This document shows, piece after piece, positions 58,649 to 64,000 of a stretch of DNA of 64,000 bases. The stretch is taken from assembly GCA_027451365.1 (NCBI GenBank), contig DAIDJN010000059.1, positions 43,317 to 107,316 on the forward strand. Direction: 5' to 3'. The number at the start of each line of letters is the position of its first letter. The first letter of the stretch is position 1. The notes beneath the pieces are model-generated. The model made no database searches, had not been told where the DNA came from, and was given only the letters and a program-made list of their open reading frames with translations. The translations under genes and the position numbers were made by a program. This DNA comes from Phycisphaerales bacterium. Its GTDB lineage: Bacteria; Planctomycetota; Phycisphaerae; WQYP01.

Positions 58649-61600
58649 TTAATGAAAATCACGGGAAACCGGCCCGATGGCGGAAGGGTTGTCTTTGGGT
58701 GAAATGGCCCCGGCCATATCCGCCGCTCGTTCCACCAGCAGGTGAACAACCTGACCGTGGCGTTGAATAGTTCCCCATACCAGCAGCCCCGCTGCGCTGC
58801 GCAAGGCTTTTCGCCATCGGCGGTAAATGGCTGGTTTGACAATCAGATTGGTTATGCCGGTTTCATCTTCCAGTGTGACAAAAAGAATACCGGCCGCGGT
58901 TTGGGGGCGTTGCCGCACCAGAACCAATCCTGCGGTAGCGGCGGGGGAGCCATCGGGTGCTTTGGCCGGATCGGAAAAATCGATAGCGGGCAAAACGCCT
59001 AACGATTTTAGCCGGTCGCGAACGAAGCTAACGGGATGAGCCTTCAAGGAAAGACCGGTACTCTGATAATCCCGCACCACATCTGCTGCGGCCGAAATGC
59101 GGGGGAGTGCCACAAATTCCGCATTTTCCGGCATATTTTCATTTAATATTAATGCCTTTTTTAATGTGACATCAAATAAAGGCAAAATGGTTTCAGATAG
59201 CTTCGCGATACTCCAAAGAGCCTGTTGGCGGGTTAAATGAAAAGAACCGAACGCATCCGCACGGGCCAGTTTTCTTAAATCTGACCGGTGGATACCGCTT
59301 TTCCGCCACAGGGCATGAATATCGGAAAACGGACCGAAGCGATGTATGCAGGCGGCCAACTGGTCGGCGGTTTGGCGGGATAACCCGCGTACCAGACGCA
59401 TTCCCAGCCGCAGGATCGGTTGCTCTTTTTGTTGGTCGTGAATCGCTCCATCGGACGATTCAAGGGTGCATTCCCATTGGGACCGGTTGACATCCACCGG
59501 ACGCACCGTAACGCCATGGTCACGGGCGCAGCGGATAATTTGTGCCGGTGGATAAAATCCCATCGGCTGGCTGTTGAGCAGTCCGGCCGCGAAGGCGGCG
59601 GGGTGAAAACATTTGATCCAGGCCGATACATACACGAGCAAGGCAAACGACGCGGCATGGGATTCAGGAAAGCCATATTCGCCAAAGCCTTTGATCTGAT
59701 TGAAGCACCGCTGGGCAAATTCCAGACTGTATCCGTTGGTCAGCATTCCGGCGATAATCTGCTGACCGAATTTTTCCAACTGATTTCCCTTGCGTTTCCA
59801 CGCCGCCATGGAGCGGCGCAGCGCGTCGGCCTGACCACCCGTGAAACCGGCGGCGACCATGGCCAGCCGCATGACCTGCTCCTGAAACAGTGGCACACCA
59901 AGCGTCCGCTCCAGCACCTTTTTGACCTCCGGCGAGGGGTAGTCAATCGGTTCTTCTCCATTTCTGCGGCGCAGATAGGGATGCACCATGCCGCCCTGAA
60001 TCGGGCCTGGTCGCACAATGGCCACCTGTACCACCAGATCGTAATAGCAGCGGGGCATCATGCGCGGCAGCATGGCGGTCTGGGCGCGTGATTCAACCTG
60101 AAACACGCCTATGGAATCTCCGCGACAAAGCATGTCATACACCTGCGGAACTTCCGGAGGAACGGTGTGCAGGTCCAGCTTTGCCGATGGTGCCTCGGTC
60201 TTCCTGTGGTTGATCAGATCAAGCGATCGGCGAATGCAGGTCAGCATGCCCAGGGCCAGAATATCAATTTTCAGAATTCCCAGTGCTTCAATATCGTCCT
60301 TGTCCCATTGAATAATGGTGCGGTCGGCCATGGCCGCATTTTCTATCGGCACCAGTTCGCACAACGGCCCATCACTGATGACAAAGCCACCCACATGCTG
60401 GGATAAATGGCGGGGAAATCCGATCAGTTCTCCCGCCAGCCTGATCAGCAGCTTGAGCGTGGTATTCCGTGGATTTAAACCCATGGAGAGAATCTGACTG
60501 TCGGTCAAAATGCCTTTGTCCCACCAGTCGGCGGCACCGGCCAGGCGGGCTGCGCCATCCGCGGAAAACCCAAACGCCTTGCCCACATCGCGGATGGCGC
60601 TGCGCCGGCGATAGGTGATCAGTGCGGCGGTCAGCGCGGCCCGGTGGCGTCCGAACCGCTGATAGATATATTGAATCACCTCTTCGCGGCGCTGGTGTTC
60701 AAAATCAATGTCAATATCCGGTGGTTCATTGCGCTGGCGACTGATGAATCGCTCCACCAGCAGGTCCACGCGCTGCGGATCCACTGCGGTGATGCCCAGG
60801 CAGTAGCAGACCGCGGAATTGGCCGCCGCTCCGCGTCCCTGGCACAAAATATTGCGTCCACGGGCGAATTGAACAATATCGTACACGGTTAAAAAATAGG
60901 CCGGATAATTCAAATCGCGAATCAGTTCAAATTCATGATTCAAACGCCGGGTCACTTCCGGCGGAACGCCATTCGGATAACGCTGGGCGGCACCTTGCCG
61001 GGTCAATTCCTCCAGATGGGCCATGGGAGATTTTTCCGGCGGACAGACTTCCCGCGGATACCGGTAAGTCAACTGATCCAGCGAAAATCCGCCGGCCCGC
61101 CGCGCCACTTCCATGGTGCGGGTGATGGCCCCCGGACAACTGGAAAACAGATTCGCCATTTCACCTGGAGATTTCAAATGCCTTTCCGCGTGGGCCATTC
61201 GCCGCAGCCCCAGTTCTTCCAATGTGCAATGGTAATATATACATGAAATGACATCATGCAGTGGTTGGCGGTCCGGAATGTGATACAGCACATCATGCAC
61301 CGCTACCAGCGGAATGCCCATACGGACGGATAACCCGGCCCGCGCGGAAAGTTCGGCGGAATCATGGCCGGTATACTGCGGACAGACGGCCAGAGAAAGC
61401 CGGTCGTCATGAAACAGATCGCGAATTTCCGCCAGAATATTCTGTTGATCCAGCGGGTGACCCGGGTTCCGCGGCAACCCGGCCCCATGCGTTGCGGCCG
61501 CAGGCGAAAAAGCCGGTGGCAGCACAATGGCCAGCAGCCCTTCATTTGCTGCGGTTATATCGCGCCATTCCAGATGATACGTTCCTTTGGGGCGGCACCG

Positions 61601-61981
61601 GCGACCGGTGGTAATCAGGCTGCATAATCGTCCGTAAGATGCGGTATCCGTTGGATACAACAGCAGGGAAACCTGTGTCGTACCGCCTTCAGGGCGCGGC
61701 ATGTCAAAATCAATTCGGGATCCGATGATAAGTTGAATGCCCGCCTGCCGGGCTGCCACATGGGCGCGAACCACGCCGGCCATGCTGGCCATATCGGTAA
61801 GGGCGATAGCGCGATGGCCGATTTCCGCGGACCGTTGCACCAGTTCCTCCGGATGGCTGGCACCGCGCAGAAAAGTGAAATTGCTGGTGACCTGAAGTTC
61901 CGCATAATCCGGCCCGGCGGCGCAGACGCCGGTGCTGCGATGCACGGATGGACGAAGACGTTTTTCCGGTTGTTCAGGCAT
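58649..61981 (-). CDS. dnaE2: Error-prone DNA polymerase (DnaE2/ImuC)
   Basis: YAELQVTSNFTFLRGASHPEEL, GRGAAANSAVCY, EPPDIDIDFEH, PRHLSQHVGG, YGFPESHAASFA, C-terminal SRDFH. Confidence 0.95.
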   Translation of the reverse strand: MPEQPEKRLRPSVHRSTGVCAAGPDYAELQVTSNFTFLRGASHPEELVQRSAEIGHRAIALTDMASMAGVVRAHVAARQAGIQLIIGSRIDFDMPRPEGGTTQVSLLLYPTDTASYGRLCSLITTGRRCRPKGTYHLEWRDITAANEGLLAIVLPPAFSPAAATHGAGLPRNPGHPLDQQNILAEIRDLFHDDRLSLAVCPQYTGHDSAELSARAGLSVRMGIPLVAVHDVLYHIPDRQPLHDVISCIYYHCTLEELGLRRMAHAERHLKSPGEMANLFSSCPGAITRTMEVARRAGGFSLDQLTYRYPREVCPPEKSPMAHLEELTRQGAAQRYPNGVPPEVTRRLNHEFELIRDLNYPAYFLTVYDIVQFARGRNILCQGRGAAANSAVCYCLGITAVDPQRVDLLVERFISRQRNEPPDIDIDFEHQRREEVIQYIYQRFGRHRAALTAALITYRRRSAIRDVGKAFGFSADGAARLAGAADWWDKGILTDSQILSMGLNPRNTTLKLLIRLAGELIGFPRHLSQHVGGFVISDGPLCELVPIENAAMADRTIIQWDKDDIEALGILKIDILALGMLTCIRRSLDLINHRKTEAPSAKLDLHTVPPEVPQVYDMLCRGDSIGVFQVESRAQTAMLPRMMPRCYYDLVVQVAIVRPGPIQGGMVHPYLRRRNGEEPIDYPSPEVKKVLERTLGVPLFQEQVMRLAMVAAGFTGGQADALRRSMAAWKRKGNQLEKFGQQIIAGMLTNGYSLEFAQRCFNQIKGFGEYGFPESHAASFALLVYVSAWIKCFHPAAFAAGLLNSQPMGFYPPAQIIRCARDHGVTVRPVDVNRSQWECTLESSDGAIHDQQKEQPILRLGMRLVRGLSRQTADQLAACIHRFGPFSDIHALWRKSGIHRSDLRKLARADAFGSFHLTRQQALWSIAKLSETILPLFDVTLKKALILNENMPENAEFVALPRISAAADVVRDYQSTGLSLKAHPVSFVRDRLKSLGVLPAIDFSDPAKAPDGSPAATAGLVLVRQRPQTAAGILFVTLEDETGITNLIVKPAIYRRWRKALRSAAGLLVWGTIQRHGQVVHLLVERAADMAGAISPKDNPSAIGPVSRDFH

Positions 61982-62097
61982 GGTGAATCCACACAATTTA
62001 TCCAAATGGCTGGTTGTGCCATCACGATCCGGCCACGCGCCGGATCGTGCCGCAAATCGCGTGATGCCGCTTTGACCGCGCCGCGCGGGGATGCCGG

Positions 62098-63672
62098 TCA
62101 AAGCCATAAACCCTGCACAAACCAGCGTCGCCGATCGCGTTCATGAAACAGCCACATCCATTGCCCGGCCTGAGTCCGCGCCGCGAAATAATCACGGGTT
62201 TCCACAGTGTTCCGCCGCCACCAGGGTGTGGTGATGCGTTCCGGGCCAAGGCTCTGTTGCATCTGATGTACCCTTTGTCGCCATTGCACAGCAGAGGGAA
62301 CATGCGCCACTGAATTCGGCGGACTTTCCGCGTCTTCCGGTTCGGCCAGCATAAGGGAGGGTCTTTCTGTGGCCGTCATGTTCAGATTGTTAGACAAATA
62401 TGCGACGGCATTTTCCCCGCACCACGGTTGGATGCCACTGGTCAATTCCGGCGCATGAGATTCCAGAACAGACGGCTGATGAATCTGTCCACGTGAAAGC
62501 CTGCCCAGAAGAATGCTGATGGTCCGCCCAAGCAGTTCCCGCTGTCGCACGTGTCTCTGGTTCGAGGCGGCCGTAAATTCCGCAAATGTTTCCTGCCCGG
62601 CATGCAGCGGCGCGGTACGGCAGGCGGTCAAGCGCACTATTTCCACACCGCCGGAAAGCCGCAATGTTTCCACCCGTGGCCGCAGGGCGGCCCGAAAATG
62701 GGCGCTGTCACGGGTAAGGGCGGCAAGTTCAATACGCATGGTCCATGGCGGGATATCCGGTCCAAATCCCTGGCAGATCAGCGCTCCGGCACCCAGTCCG
62801 CGATGTTGCAATTCAAGGCTTAAATGCGTGGCAAGGTCCTGTCCGACAATCAGGAGTGCCCCGAAATCTGTCATCGGGCCATCCGCACGGAATTCCACCT
62901 GTATCGGCGGATTTTCCCGAAGCGGTACAAATACTTCCGGCTTGGTACCCAGAGCCTGGTCCAGCCGTTCAAGCACCTGGGGGGAAAATCGGCTGATAAT
63001 TCCTGAGCGGGGAATGACCAGAAGTTCTTGAATGGTTTGCAGGCCAATTTCCGCCAGTATATCAGCCGAAGCTGTATCCAGACGTAAAGACTCCAGCGGC
63101 AACGGACCTAAAGCCGCTATCAGATCAGATTGTTCCACATGGCAGATTTCCCGCGGAGAAAATACAGCCAGTGCGTAAGCCGCACCCGTCGTGGGGGCTG
63201 CGGCAGCACGACAAATAAGTCCGCTGCGCCGCAAGGCACCATGAATCCGCTTCAGCAGACTCAGGCTTCCGCCAAATAGGGGCGCTGCGCCTTGAATATC
63301 CATAAGCACTACCGGCGGGGCAGATGGGAATGGTTCTTCCGATGCGATAAACCGCAATTCTACCAGCGGCGTAAAACGTACAGCCCACGCGGCAATACGC
63401 CGCAACTGGCGCTCGCCAAGCGAACTTTCAAAGGGCACTACCTGTGCCGTGGGCAACGCCGAACGGGCTTGCGCCAATGCCATTCCAGGTATCACGCCTT
63501 GGCTGCGAGCTTGCGGACAGCAACGTATGATCTGGTCCTGACCGCCGCCTTTTTTTACCAGCAGAAGTGGCCGGGCGTAACGCATGGCGGCCGGATCAAA
63601 CCGGCCGAACTGGCGGCAGCGGGCGCATTGAATATCCCAGTCAGGAAAATAAAGACAGACGAAACGACTCAT
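62098..63672 (-). CDS. imuB: ImuB (inactive Y-family polymerase)
   Basis: GV.PGM.LAQARS, RFTPLVE, LFGG, LDQALG, GPERI..PWW....RDYF, WFVQG; directly upstream of dnaE2. Confidence 0.88.
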   Translation of the reverse strand: MSRFVCLYFPDWDIQCARCRQFGRFDPAAMRYARPLLLVKKGGGQDQIIRCCPQARSQGVIPGMALAQARSALPTAQVVPFESSLGERQLRRIAAWAVRFTPLVELRFIASEEPFPSAPPVVLMDIQGAAPLFGGSLSLLKRIHGALRRSGLICRAAAAPTTGAAYALAVFSPREICHVEQSDLIAALGPLPLESLRLDTASADILAEIGLQTIQELLVIPRSGIISRFSPQVLERLDQALGTKPEVFVPLRENPPIQVEFRADGPMTDFGALLIVGQDLATHLSLELQHRGLGAGALICQGFGPDIPPWTMRIELAALTRDSAHFRAALRPRVETLRLSGGVEIVRLTACRTAPLHAGQETFAEFTAASNQRHVRQRELLGRTISILLGRLSRGQIHQPSVLESHAPELTSGIQPWCGENAVAYLSNNLNMTATERPSLMLAEPEDAESPPNSVAHVPSAVQWRQRVHQMQQSLGPERITTPWWRRNTVETRDYFAARTQAGQWMWLFHERDRRRWFVQGLWL

Positions 63673-63721
63673 AGGGCGATTCTCGCTATTCCGGCCATAT
63701 CTCTGGATCATCCAGAGTTTT

Positions 63722-63767
63722 TGTTCGGTATATGTTAGGTATACAGAAAATGGGGGGGTGGTGTCAA
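63722..63767 (-). promoter_or_regulatory. imuB promoter with an overlapping 11-bp tandem repeat (candidate LexA/SOS operator)
   Basis: TTGACA-18 nt-TATACC on the minus strand; TGTTCGGTATA TGTTAGGTATA at 63722-63743. Confidence 0.45.
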
Positions 63768-63916
63768 TCTTTCTCCTTTTTTCGGTTGCATTGCCCTGCC
63801 AAAAGTTGGCACCATCGACCGTTCCTTTGCTGGCGGCAGCATTTATCCCATCCCGCTTCCTTGGATTGTGGCAGCCGGTTTGTTAGCATGGAGCAGGTGT
63901 ACTGGAGCAACCATCC

Positions 63917-64000
63917 ATGAGCGACTGGCAGGAAGCGGAGCAGCGTGTTGAACGCGCACATGACCTGTATGAACGTGGCCGGTGGGAGGAAGCCGTTTCT
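63917..64000 (+). CDS. Partial CDS, probable TPR protein (runs off the window)
   Basis: GGAG RBS, then MSDWQEAEQRVERAHDLYERGRWEEAVS (TPR-like helix). Confidence 0.55.
   Translation, partial: MSDWQEAEQRVERAHDLYERGRWEEAVS

Overview
Bacterial chromosomal window, most likely Planctomycetota/Phycisphaerae (inferred from the long planctomycete-type ACP, a YdjY-like protein and the gene set; not verified). 1-15 kb: housekeeping genes (trmB, xerC, folC, ACP/FabZ, ArsR regulator, SAM methyltransferase, ArnT-like and GT87 membrane glycosyltransferases, MazG-like pyrophosphatase, site-2 protease, MBL hydrolase, pheA). 15.1-53.5 kb: a ~38 kb co-oriented minus-strand exopolysaccharide/surface-glycan locus. 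It is headed by a NusG-paralog antiterminator and carries exosortase+EpsI, a Wzc-like kinase, a giant TPR protein, a WecA-GT4 fusion, Wzm/Wzt, an FkbM methyltransferase, ~10 glycosyltransferases, two acyltransferases and a Wzy/O-antigen-ligase-like gene. 54-64 kb: comEC, YdjY-like protein, dnaE2-imuB. The most striking signal lies inside the glycan locus. A family of modular 7-mer/10-mer tandem repeats and small hairpins, arranged as long imperfect inverted repeats, (i) brackets a four-helix-bundle (Avd/23S-IVP-like) gene and a GxxExxY gene, (ii) forms gene-less intergenic elements, and (iii) has been inserted in frame into loops of several glycosyltransferases and the N-termini of acyltransferases. 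Also notable: an MshEN-like (c-di-GMP) module inside the Wzc kinase, and a T9 homopolymer frameshift in one acyltransferase. All calls come from motif recognition by eye; no database searches were run.
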